Assembly (NCBI GenBank): GCA_964540045.1
Contig: CAZILE010000001.1
Coordinates: 1-43,621, forward strand
Source of the DNA: an uncultured Nitrososphaeria archaeon
GTDB taxonomy: Archaea > Thermoproteota > Nitrososphaeria_A > Caldarchaeales > Wolframiiraptoraceae
Length of the DNA: 43,621 nt
Reading direction: 5' to 3'
Under the pieces are notes generated by a model. It saw nothing but the letters and a program-made list of their open reading frames with translations, had not been told where the DNA came from and made no database searches. Shown one piece after another: positions 26,814 to 35,620 of the stretch (position 1 is the first letter of the stretch; the number at the start of each line of letters is the position of its first letter). The translations under genes were made by a program, and so were the position numbers.

Positions 26814-27923
26814 TTATGCGAGGCCGGAGATCTTTAGAAGCATTGAGGCCTCTTCTCTATTTGGCTTAAACTTGTGGAGAATAGTGTATCGGTTAGGTCG
26901 TATCTTCCATGACTCGGTTATTGCGCGCAGCATGATTTCACTAGGTACCCCAGCCTCCTCAATAGTCGTCGGAGCCCCAATCTTGCGTAAGTAGCCCTGA
27001 AGGGAGTTTAGTCGATATTTCTCATCCCTCCACCACCTTGGGTTCCGTAACTCATGATATGCTGCCATAAGGAGAGAGCCTAGAGCGCATTGAATTCCGT
27101 GGGGGAGCCTATACTTTAAGTTCATGTCTAAGTAGTGGCTGATAAGATGCTCACTACCGGAAGCTGGCCTCGAAGAGCCGACAAGCATCATCGCGACTCC
27201 AGAGTTTATCAACGCTTTTACCAATACTTCGAGAGATTTCTCCGGAGAAGCTGGGCTAGCCAGCGAGCGAACGAGCTCCTCTAGTGAGCTATATATCAAG
27301 GATTCAGCGGTTTCGCAGTATGGTTCTCCAACCTCATCTCTTCCAAGCTGCCAATCTTTTAAAGAAACTGTTTTGGCCAGAATGTCTCCATAACCTGAGA
27401 TCAACAGGTGCTTCGGAGCAGATCTGAAAAGGGATAGGTCTATTATCGCCATTCTCGGAGATCTTGTGAGAATAGATTTTCTTCTACCCCCCTCAAAAAG
27501 CGAAGCTATCGGCGACACCATTCCATCATGAGACGGAGCCGTTGGGACCGAGATGAAATTCGCGTTCAGCTTGTATGCAGCATACTTAGCCACATCAATG
27601 ACCGTTCCACCACCAACCCCCACTATCGTCTTAACGTTCCCCACCTCGGCGATCCCCCTCTCAGCTTCCCGAAAAGTCGGAGAACTCACCAGAAAGCCCT
27701 TAGCGCTCAGCTTCTCCTGAACAAGACCTCCTGCCACTTCATAGGTGACCACATCATAAAAGACTGCGTAAGGCGGGTCGAACTCCAAATTTTCAAGCAT
27801 ATCAAGAGCCTTGTCGAGGGGGCTGAGGAGAACTCTTTTAAGAGTCCTATCGTGCTTGAAGCCGCATCCGCATTCCTCCCTTGACCTCAAGTTTTCTCCG
27901 AACTCTAGGACCTTCAAGCTCAT
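26814..27923 (-). CDS. egsA: sn-Glycerol-1-phosphate dehydrogenase
   Basis: GVGGGTVIDVAKYAAYKLNANFISVPTAPSHDGMVSPIASL is the G1PDH signature. SGSEHLISH metal ligands. Confidence 0.85.
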   Translation of the reverse strand: MSLKVLEFGENLRSREECGCGFKHDRTLKRVLLSPLDKALDMLENLEFDPPYAVFYDVVTYEVAGGLVQEKLSAKGFLVSSPTFREAERGIAEVGNVKTIVGVGGGTVIDVAKYAAYKLNANFISVPTAPSHDGMVSPIASLFEGGRRKSILTRSPRMAIIDLSLFRSAPKHLLISGYGDILAKTVSLKDWQLGRDEVGEPYCETAESLIYSSLEELVRSLASPASPEKSLEVLVKALINSGVAMMLVGSSRPASGSEHLISHYLDMNLKYRLPHGIQCALGSLLMAAYHELRNPRWWRDEKYRLNSLQGYLRKIGAPTTIEEAGVPSEIMLRAITESWKIRPNRYTILHKFKPNREEASMLLKISGLA

Positions 27924-28015
27924 CAGCTCTCACGAGAAGACCCTCGCGATACTTAAAACCAAAACTCTTAACAAGCAAATAAACTTAAAAGCCATCAATT
28001 GTAGGATGACTTGAG

Positions 28016-28798
28016 ATGCCCAAGCGCGTTGTAATTAAAGACTCTGATCTCGAGGAGGCTGAACCGGTAATAGAGCCCGTCGAGGAAGTTGAGGCATCTG
28101 AAGCTCCTGTGAAAGCTGAGGTGCCAAAGGTTTCAAAAGAGGAGGCAGAACTTGAGAAGGCTACAGCTGACGCCGATGCAGCCTATGAGCTTGTGACGGG
28201 TAAGGCTGAGGAGATAAGAGTTAGGGAGGAAGTTACTCAGAAAAAGTTTCTTGAAGATGAGGGAATGAGCCTAGGGATCTTGAAGAAGCTTCTCCAGCGT
28301 TGGGATTCACTCAGAGATGAGCTTATAGGTTATATTAATGATGCGATTGACAAGCATAAAAGGCTTAGAGACGTTCTCGAGCAGAAGTTCTCAGGGATCG
28401 AGGAAGAGCTTTACTTTAACCAAGTTGAACTCGACACTCTTATGCAGCTGGAGGCGCAGGGAAGACCTATATCAGTCTCGAAGAAAGAGGAGCTTGAGAA
28501 GACTGTTCCAAGGCTCAGGGAGGAACTCGTCGAGCTTGATAAGAGGATTAAGGAGGTAGATGCTAGGATTGAGCAGCTTAGGAGAATGAGTGAAAGCATC
28601 TATGAGCAGACTTCTTACAAGAACTTGTCAGAGTCCATCTTCAACCAATTGATCGAGAGTCTTCAGAGCAGGTATGAGAATCCAGAGGAAGCTATTGTTA
28701 AGATTAGGTCGCAGATAGAGGTGATCGCTCAGCGGGAGGGTATTCCCAGAGAATATGCTACGATTTATCTCTGGAAAAGGTTGAGGAGAGCGGGTTAG
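28016..28798 (+). CDS. Acidic N-terminus / coiled-coil protein, unknown function
   Basis: 260-aa ORF. E/V/P-rich acidic first 60 aa, then heptad-rich helical sequence. No recognised motif. Confidence 0.5.
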   Translation: MPKRVVIKDSDLEEAEPVIEPVEEVEASEAPVKAEVPKVSKEEAELEKATADADAAYELVTGKAEEIRVREEVTQKKFLEDEGMSLGILKKLLQRWDSLRDELIGYINDAIDKHKRLRDVLEQKFSGIEEELYFNQVELDTLMQLEAQGRPISVSKKEELEKTVPRLREELVELDKRIKEVDARIEQLRRMSESIYEQTSYKNLSESIFNQLIESLQSRYENPEEAIVKIRSQIEVIAQREGIPREYATIYLWKRLRRAG

Positions 28799-29199
28799 AG
28801 CCTCTTCGTCGCGGGTCTAAATTTGTAGCCATATTCTATCACTCCCTGCTCACCATTCAGTCTAACTTTTCTGAATACCGCTTCAACCCTGAGTCCCTCC
28901 TTAAGCTCACCCTCCTGAAAGTCTGTTAGCTGAGATAATATCCTCGTCCCATCGTCAAGCTCTATTAATCCTATTGCATAGGGAGAGAATTCGTTAAACT
29001 CCCTTGGCGGATATCTCACGACCGTGTATGCGATCAGTTTACCGTTTTTCGGGAGTTCGGCTTCGCTGAAGTCTCTCGATCTACACCTCTTACAGGTGAG
29101 AGACCTACTTTGGTGAAAGGCTCCGCAGTGATTACATCTCCATCCCGACAGCCTATATAGGAATGGAAAACTTCTCCAATAACCTGGAACCCTCATCAT
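28795..29199 (-). CDS. DUF35 OB-fold/zinc-ribbon protein of the thiolase-HMG-CoA synthase complex
   Basis: Rubredoxin-like CNHCGAFH..CKRC followed by an OB-fold region. Conserved position downstream of the thiolase. Confidence 0.85.
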   Translation of the reverse strand: MMRVPGYWRSFPFLYRLSGWRCNHCGAFHQSRSLTCKRCRSRDFSEAELPKNGKLIAYTVVRYPPREFNEFSPYAIGLIELDDGTRILSQLTDFQEGELKEGLRVEAVFRKVRLNGEQGVIEYGYKFRPATKRL

Positions 29200-29207
29200 A
29201 ACACCTC

Positions 29208-30353
29208 CTAAGCCTGCTTCAGCAAGTTCGCGAAGGCCGTTGTCCCAACGCCTCCTAAGGCTATCGCCAAGCCGGCTTTCGGAGAGTCAAGCTGGTTTCT
29301 GCCAGCCTGCCCGGTTAGCTGAAGATAAAGCTCGGCTACTTGATAGATTGCTGTTGCTCCGAGAGGGTGACCTCGAGCTTTCAGCCCTCCAAAGGTATTA
29401 CATGGAAGACGCCCATTTAGCTTGAACTCCCCTTTCATAGCTAAGTTTCCAGCGGCTCCAGGAGCGGAGAAGCCGCTTGACTCGAGGCATAAAGCGGCCA
29501 TTATCGAGGTCGCGTCATGAAGCTCGAGGAAGTTCACTTCGTTCTTATCAACTCCAGCGTAGTCTAGGACTCGGCTTACCGCAGACATAACCGATTGAAA
29601 TCTAAGCGGGTCTTCCCTCTCAAAGGGGTTTAGATAGTCGGTCGCCGAGGCGATGAATAGCTGGGCTTTAGGAGATTTCAGCTTGCTGGCTAGACTTTCG
29701 CTGATGAGGACTATGGCCGCCGCTCCGTCCCCGATCCCGCTCACCTCAAGCCTTCTAAGCGGTTCTGCCACGAAGGGGGATGACAGAACTTTCTCTAAGC
29801 TAATCTTGAAGGGATATTGAGCGTGCGAGACGCCCTCAGCATGCTCATGGCTTATCACAGGGAACATTGCAACTCCGTCTCCTCCATATCTTTTAGCATA
29901 AAGCTTGTAAAGAAGGGCGTTAAGTGAGTAGAATTCCGCTCCGATGAAACCCTCGTACCATGACCTACCGCTCATCATCAAGCCTGATGAAACCTCCTCC
30001 GCAAGGCCATCCGAGAGCTTCTCCCCGCCGACGACTAGAACGGCATCGGATCTGCCAGAAGCCACCTCACAGAACCCGGCGTAGAGAGCGGCGGCTCCAG
30101 ATGCTTCAGCTGCTTCAACCCTTATGGCTGGAATCCCGATCAAACCGGACTCCTCAGCAACTAATGCCCCTAAATTCGACTGATCTTGAAGAAGCTCGCC
30201 CAAGGCATTTCCAACGTAAATCGAGTTAACTGAGGATACTCCAGCATCGTCAAGGGCCTTTAGAGCGGCTTCGGCCATGAGCTGCTCTAAGCTTTTATCC
30301 CAGTGCTCGGCGATCTTGGTGAGCCCCACCCCGGCGACGAAAACCTCTCCCAT
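29208..30353 (-). CDS. Thiolase-fold protein (SCP-x/archaeal acetoacetyl-CoA thiolase family) with atypical active-site residues
   Basis: Family signatures VGGEKLSD, GDGAAAIVL, GHPLGATA. At the expected RVEaaCASG nucleophile site it reads RVEAAEASG (GAA codon at 30105-30107), and HDCF reads HDAT. Confidence 0.75.
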   Translation of the reverse strand: MGEVFVAGVGLTKIAEHWDKSLEQLMAEAALKALDDAGVSSVNSIYVGNALGELLQDQSNLGALVAEESGLIGIPAIRVEAAEASGAAALYAGFCEVASGRSDAVLVVGGEKLSDGLAEEVSSGLMMSGRSWYEGFIGAEFYSLNALLYKLYAKRYGGDGVAMFPVISHEHAEGVSHAQYPFKISLEKVLSSPFVAEPLRRLEVSGIGDGAAAIVLISESLASKLKSPKAQLFIASATDYLNPFEREDPLRFQSVMSAVSRVLDYAGVDKNEVNFLELHDATSIMAALCLESSGFSAPGAAGNLAMKGEFKLNGRLPCNTFGGLKARGHPLGATAIYQVAELYLQLTGQAGRNQLDSPKAGLAIALGGVGTTAFANLLKQA

Positions 30354-30357
30354 CTCA

Positions 30358-31407
30358 TCACCCCTTTAAGATCTCCCTCCTGAACTTTAGATAGGTTGGA
30401 TAGTCGATGTAGATCTTATGCTCGATAAAGTCCTTCAGCTTCGGAGCCAAATCCCTCTTCTCCAGAATCCCGTCAAGAACTCTTATGATTAGCGCGTCGC
30501 TCCCAGCACCAGATCCATAGGATGCAAGTAGTATTCTTTGGCCGGGCTGAGCAGAGTCTAATACGTTCACAAGGCCTAGGAGCGAGCAAGCGCTATACGT
30601 GTTACCAATTCGATCTGACAGGAGCCCCGGAGCAAGCTTTTCATATCCTATTCTAAGTGATTTCGCAACCGCCAAGGGGAACTTGACATTAGGCTGGTGG
30701 AAGACAAAGTAATCGATTTCGTCAAGTGAGTATCCATCGCCCTCTAGAAGCGATTTCACCGCCCCAAGCACATGTTTAAAGTATGCCGGCGCGCCGGTAA
30801 ATCTCGCCGTATGCATCGGATATCTGTCAAATGGCCTCCTCCAGAAGTCGGGAGTATCCGTTACATAGGCGCTCCAAGCTTCTATAGCTCCGACTGCATC
30901 ATCGCTTATTTTACCTAAGAGGAAGGCGGCAGCCCCGCTTGCGGCAGTATACTCTAGAGCGTCGCCCGGCCTCCCTTGCGCCGTATCGGCTCCAATTGCC
31001 AGCCCATACTCTATCTGACCTCCTTGGATTAAGCCTATGATTGAGAGAATTGCTTCAGTTCCGGCCTTACATGCGAATTCCAGATCTGCCGCGAGTTTAT
31101 TCGGCGCCGCACCAATTGCTTCTGCCACGATCGTTCCTGTGGGCTTCACGGCATAGGGCTTAGACTCGCTTCCGACATGTATAGCCCCTATTCTCTTAGG
31201 ATCTATTCCAGCTCTTCTCAAGGCTATTCTAGCGGCCTCCACGGCCATCGTGGCCGCATCCTCGTCGATCCCGGCCACCGCCTTTTCCTTTATTGGAAGC
31301 TCAGAGGGGGTAACCCCCCACATCCTCCCTATCTCCTCAGTCTTTATTCTGTATCTCGGAATGTAGCCTCCATAGCCCTTGATCGCAACTCCGTTTATCT
31401 TGACCAT
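30358..31407 (-). CDS. Hydroxymethylglutaryl-CoA synthase (archaeal type)
   Basis: Catalytic Cys context EFACKAGTEA, FVFHQPNVKFP histidine motif, SYGSGAGSD. Confidence 0.9.
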   Translation of the reverse strand: MVKINGVAIKGYGGYIPRYRIKTEEIGRMWGVTPSELPIKEKAVAGIDEDAATMAVEAARIALRRAGIDPKRIGAIHVGSESKPYAVKPTGTIVAEAIGAAPNKLAADLEFACKAGTEAILSIIGLIQGGQIEYGLAIGADTAQGRPGDALEYTAASGAAAFLLGKISDDAVGAIEAWSAYVTDTPDFWRRPFDRYPMHTARFTGAPAYFKHVLGAVKSLLEGDGYSLDEIDYFVFHQPNVKFPLAVAKSLRIGYEKLAPGLLSDRIGNTYSACSLLGLVNVLDSAQPGQRILLASYGSGAGSDALIIRVLDGILEKRDLAPKLKDFIEHKIYIDYPTYLKFRREILKG

Positions 31408-31516
31408 AGCGTTCCCTCCCTCGTTTTCTCCCTTCCCTTTTAAATGTTGCCGAATATTCCATCGACGATCAACGTAGAAAAGAACCCTTATACCCGCTTA
31501 GCCGTAAGCGAGTCAG

Positions 31517-31984
31517 ATGAAGAAGACTAGAAAGCGGGAAAAGTTAGACGAGAAAGATCTGCTCATCCTGAGGGAGCTCGAGCTGGATTCTTCTAGGAAC
31601 TTGAGGGAGCTCGCGGAGACTCTTGGAATGCCGAGAACGACTGTTCAGGATAGGATCAATAGGCTTAGGAGAATGGGAGTGATAAAGAAGTTCACGGTGA
31701 AGCTGAATAAGGCGAAACTCGGGAAGAACGTTACAGCCTTTATCCTAGTCTCCTTCATGCCCGGATCCGAGATCTCCCAGAAGGCGTTAGCTCATGAGAT
31801 CTCCATGCTTGAGAATGTTGAGGAAGCTCACCTGATTTCAGGAGAGTGGGATATTTTACTCAAGGTTAGGGGGTCGTCCATGAAAGAGATCGGAGATTTA
31901 GTCATCGACAAGATTAGAGGGATGCACGGAGTCGCCAAAACTTTGACCTGCACAGTTTTCTATACTGCTAAGGAAGACCCATAA
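31517..31984 (+). CDS. lrp: Lrp/AsnC family transcriptional regulator
   Basis: N-terminal HTH (DEKDLLILRELELDSSRNLRELAETLGMPRTTVQDRINRLRRMGVI) plus a C-terminal RAM domain. Confidence 0.9.
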   Translation: MKKTRKREKLDEKDLLILRELELDSSRNLRELAETLGMPRTTVQDRINRLRRMGVIKKFTVKLNKAKLGKNVTAFILVSFMPGSEISQKALAHEISMLENVEEAHLISGEWDILLKVRGSSMKEIGDLVIDKIRGMHGVAKTLTCTVFYTAKEDP

Positions 31985-32204
31985 ACCTAGGAATAATCAA
32001 GCATCAACTTTCCCCTCCCTTAGAAAGCGGGAAGTTACTATATCATGATTTAAGCACATGGATGACCTCATAAAATAGAAAGAGAGGATGTGAAGAGAAG
32101 AATATGCTCATTGTATTTCTCCGCAATATGGTGAGGTATTTCATTCAGCCTTAACTTCAGGCATAGATTTTAGGCCGATTATTCCGAGACCGAGTTGCAG
32201 AATT

Positions 32205-33314
32205 ATGAGAGAGCTTGAGAGGCTTGCGGCTGAGAGAGCTCGCGTAGCCGTCAAATACGATAAGATTGGGATGAAGAACGAGGCAGCGAAGCAGTATCGC
32301 GAGGCGATAGCACTTCTAGAGAAGCTTATAGAGCTTACGGAGGATCCTGTGATGAAGAAGATCTACGAGGAGAAGCAGCAGCAGTATAGAAGGAGAGTGG
32401 AAGCGCTGAGCGAAACGCTCTATGTGGGGGATGGAGAGAAGGGTAAGGGTCTTACTGATGTTGAAGAAAGTTTCGTGATCCAAAATCCTCCGCCGATCAA
32501 ATGGGATGATGTCATAGGCTTGGAGAGAGCGAAGAAAGCGATACTTGAAAGCATAATCTATCCCATGAAGAGGCCGGACCTATTCCCTTTAGGGTGGCCC
32601 CGCGGAATACTTCTCTTCGGACCTCCGGGATGCGGTAAAACGATGATCGCAGCAGCAGTCGCTAACGAAATAGACGCGATCTTTATGCATGTTGATGCCT
32701 CAGTCATAATGTCTAAATGGCTTGGAGAATCTGAAAGGAATATCTCGATGATCTTTAATGCTGCTAGGAAGTATGAGGCTTCGGGGAAGCCCGTCATAAT
32801 ATTCATTGATGAGGTTGACTCGCTTACAGCTATAAGGGTGAACGAAGTCGGAGGAGAGGCCAGAGCGAGAAACCAATTGATTAAGGAGATGGATGGGTTG
32901 CTTGATAAGGGGAGGCAGAGCATGATTTACGTCTTGGCGGCCACGAACAAGCCTTGGCTCCTCGACGAGCCTTTCATCCGAAGATTCCAGAAAAGAATAT
33001 TCATTGATTTACCAGATTATGAGGCTAGACTCAAGCTGTTTCAACACTATGCGGGGAAACTGAATCTTGACGGCGATGTAGAGTTATCTGAACTCGCTAG
33101 GATAACTAATGGATATTCTCCAGCCGATATTCATGCGATATGTGTAGAAGTTCAAACCAGGATCGTTAGCGAATTCTTTGAGAGAGGTGGGGAAGAGCCT
33201 AGAAAGATCAAGATGGAAGACTTCTTAGAAGTTATTAGAAGTAGGAAGCCCAGCCTAGATCTCAGAGGCGTTGAGAAAATGCTTAAATGGAATGAAAGGT
33301 TCGGGACGAGCTAG
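32205..33314 (+). CDS. cdvC: Vps4-like AAA+ ATPase CdvC (MIT domain + AAA domain)
   Basis: N-terminal three-helix MIT-like region (AAKQYREAIALLEKLIELTEDP..YRRRVEAL), Walker A GPPGCGKT, Walker B IIFIDEVDS. Confidence 0.9.
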   Translation: MRELERLAAERARVAVKYDKIGMKNEAAKQYREAIALLEKLIELTEDPVMKKIYEEKQQQYRRRVEALSETLYVGDGEKGKGLTDVEESFVIQNPPPIKWDDVIGLERAKKAILESIIYPMKRPDLFPLGWPRGILLFGPPGCGKTMIAAAVANEIDAIFMHVDASVIMSKWLGESERNISMIFNAARKYEASGKPVIIFIDEVDSLTAIRVNEVGGEARARNQLIKEMDGLLDKGRQSMIYVLAATNKPWLLDEPFIRRFQKRIFIDLPDYEARLKLFQHYAGKLNLDGDVELSELARITNGYSPADIHAICVEVQTRIVSEFFERGGEEPRKIKMEDFLEVIRSRKPSLDLRGVEKMLKWNERFGTS

Positions 33315-34048
33315 CCTACGAGCTCTATTAACCCCTTCTCCTCTAACTTTTCGAGTATTTGCTTCACCTGCTTGACATCTATCCCAAGCTCCTTAGCACA
33401 TCTCCTCAGGTCGATCTCTGATCCCGATTTTGAGAGATAAGAATAAACAAGCTGTTCCTTTTCGGAAAGCTTTGGGACGTCAGGGAAAGATTGCCTGACC
33501 TTCTCAGCAGCCACCTTCTGAGCCTCTTCCAGAACCCTTCTCACATCCTCACTTACATCCTCAGACACGCTTAGATCGAAATCACTGACCGTCGTAACTC
33601 CAGCGAAGTCTTCGATATAACATGCGAGCTCGTGAAGGTTCTTAGCCGCTTCCGGAGCTACTCCAGCAACTTCATCCTGAACCTCGGTTATCAGAGAGAG
33701 CAAGGGTATCACGAGTCCCATCAGCTCGCTTACCTCGAGAACGGTCTCAAGCCTAAGCTTAACCTGCTCAAGCAGCAGCTGAGTCCTTCTAACAACTTTG
33801 ACCAGCTTTCTGATCTCGGCGATTTCCTCCGCGTAAATCGACGCCCTCTCTTCATCCCCGGAAGCCATGGCATCCACAACTTGCTCAAAGTACTCCTTAC
33901 TCTTCGAAGTCATCTCCTGATACTTCGAGCCAAGTTTCATGATTTGGGCATTCAACTGATTCAATGATTGCTCAAGCTTCAGCCTTATCTCCTCTCGAGC
34001 CTCTTCATCCACGAATGGATCTTTTCTAAGACCATCTGCGTCAAACAT
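33311..34048 (-). CDS. cdvB: ESCRT-III-like protein CdvB (Snf7 core + MIM2-like motif + C-terminal winged helix)
   Basis: Helical Snf7-like core, proline motif SFPDVPKL (33467-33487), then a wH (LVYSYLSKSGSEIDLRRCAKELGIDVKQVKQILEKLEEKGLIE). Confidence 0.8.
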   Translation of the reverse strand: MFDADGLRKDPFVDEEAREEIRLKLEQSLNQLNAQIMKLGSKYQEMTSKSKEYFEQVVDAMASGDEERASIYAEEIAEIRKLVKVVRRTQLLLEQVKLRLETVLEVSELMGLVIPLLSLITEVQDEVAGVAPEAAKNLHELACYIEDFAGVTTVSDFDLSVSEDVSEDVRRVLEEAQKVAAEKVRQSFPDVPKLSEKEQLVYSYLSKSGSEIDLRRCAKELGIDVKQVKQILEKLEEKGLIELVG

Positions 34049-34165
34049 CTGGCGAGGCGTCCTCGTAATCCGCGTTCTTTTAATCTTTTGGAATTACGAA
34101 GCTGATGGAATTCTCTTAAGATTCTCTAAGAAATACCATTCACATACTCCGGCTTTGGCCAAGAT

Positions 34166-35620
34166 CTAAGCTAATCTAGACTTGAAAAGTAACCTTGTCT
34201 CGCCCATGGTTTTCAGCTCGATCTCCCTCACCCTGACCACAACCGGTAGATCGTTCACAACTTTTCCTATCACGAGACAATGTCTAGGTGGAAGCATCTT
34301 AGCTATGCGCCTCACGGTATCGGCATCCACCCTAGAAGCTCTCGAAATGTAGTTTAGGTCCAACTCGTTGGTGAAGTTAAATAGGAATATGTTGTCGGCC
34401 TGCCTGTAGACCGTCTCAGGTATGCTATCTGGCTGATTCGTTACGAAGATCGGGAAGATCCCTATATGCCTCATCCTAGTTATCAGGTCATCCCAATAAG
34501 TCTCTCTGAGATATAGATGAGCTTCCTCCGCCACAAGGAAAAATGGGTCTATTATACCATCCTTCAAGAGGCTTGAAAGCTTACTCAGAAGATACTCAAC
34601 TATCATCTTCCTCGTTTGGAGAAGAGCTTTAGAGAGGTCCACGACGAATATTCCACCACCGCTTTTCGAGTTCAATACCTTTTCGAGCTTCGTAGAATTC
34701 TCGTCATCGAAGAAGCCGGTCTCACTGAGGCTGAGAAGTCTGCTCATCAAAGCCTCCCGGACCGACTCGTGCATCTGAGCCCTGCTGACGACTTCTATCA
34801 GTTTTCTCAGGGTAACCTTACCCTCATATTTCTTCACGAGACCCCATATTCTTATGAACTCCCTTATGCTGGTGGCTGGGGTTAAGAGGATATGTTGAAG
34901 GATGTCGGTCATGGTTTTCAGCCCGGCGTCCTCCACCGAGACCCTGAAGTTTTCCCCAGGGGTGAGAATCACATGTTTGTCCGCGATCTTGCTAGATGAT
35001 CCTTTTATGGTTTGAGATAAGCCAAGGTACTCGCCGTTTATATCTAGAATGATCGCCTTGGCGCCGTGTTCCGCTAGAGCCGTGATTAAGATCTTCGTTA
35101 GATATGATTTTCCGGTTTCCTTCTTTCCCGTGATTATCGTAAGCCTCCCATCCAGATCCTCCACATTTATCGTCATCGTGCCGTTCATGCATTTACCCAA
35201 GATAAGCTGCCTCCTACCGTAGGTGTGCGATAGCTCTGAGATTAGCTCGGGGGAGGCTTTCTCGATCCTCGAGTTGAACCTGGATGGAAGCCAGATCAGG
35301 TCATTTCTAAGAGTTCCATTAACTATTATCCCCCTGAACTTTGCTATTATCCTCCTAGAGTCCTTCACTCCTATGAGAATCGATCCGACATCGTATGGAT
35401 CAAAGTTTTTTATGGAGATCGATTCGGAGGCGAGCTCCCTCAGGGCGTCCTCGAGAATTCCAGGAACATCAGCATACTCAACATCTATAACCTGCGCTAG
35501 AAGAGTTTTACCTTCATCTATTATCAGGATATAGTCTCCCCGAGTCAGCGGATCTTCTCCAGGTAAGGCCAGAAGCTCAATCGTGTCTCCATTCTTGGCC
35601 AGAATCTTCATCTTCTCCAC
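34166..35620 (-). CDS. herA: HerA/FtsK-superfamily ATPase (DUF87-type, HerA-like)
   Basis: N-terminal HAS-barrel-like region (GDYILIIDEGKTLLAQVIDVEY), Walker A LTIITGKKETGKSY..AIILDINGEY, Walker B FFLVAEEAHLY, IFVTNQPDSIP arginine-finger region. Confidence 0.8.
   Translation of the reverse strand: MEKMKILAKNGDTIELLALPGEDPLTRGDYILIIDEGKTLLAQVIDVEYADVPGILEDALRELASESISIKNFDPYDVGSILIGVKDSRRIIAKFRGIIVNGTLRNDLIWLPSRFNSRIEKASPELISELSHTYGRRQLILGKCMNGTMTINVEDLDGRLTIITGKKETGKSYLTKILITALAEHGAKAIILDINGEYLGLSQTIKGSSSKIADKHVILTPGENFRVSVEDAGLKTMTDILQHILLTPATSIREFIRIWGLVKKYEGKVTLRKLIEVVSRAQMHESVREALMSRLLSLSETGFFDDENSTKLEKVLNSKSGGGIFVVDLSKALLQTRKMIVEYLLSKLSSLLKDGIIDPFFLVAEEAHLYLRETYWDDLITRMRHIGIFPIFVTNQPDSIPETVYRQADNIFLFNFTNELDLNYISRASRVDADTVRRIAKMLPPRHCLVIGKVVNDLPVVVRVREIELKTMGETRLLFKSRLA

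Noticed and set aside
28016-28798. The coiled-coil protein at 28016-28798 (and the one at 21475-22338) considered as the missing CdvA.
   Set aside because: Neither has a beta-rich PRC-barrel-like N-terminal domain. One starts with an acidic low-complexity region and the other is coiled coil throughout. Coiled-coil content alone is not diagnostic.
31985-32204. The longest intergenic region (220 bp, upstream of cdvC), examined for a tRNA, C/D sRNA or small ORF.
   Set aside because: It contains only an imperfect hairpin after the lrp stop (AACTTtCCC...GGGAAGTT), a one-mismatch C-box-like GGAUGA without a matching D box, and a 16-codon ORF. Nothing is convincing beyond promoter and terminator space.
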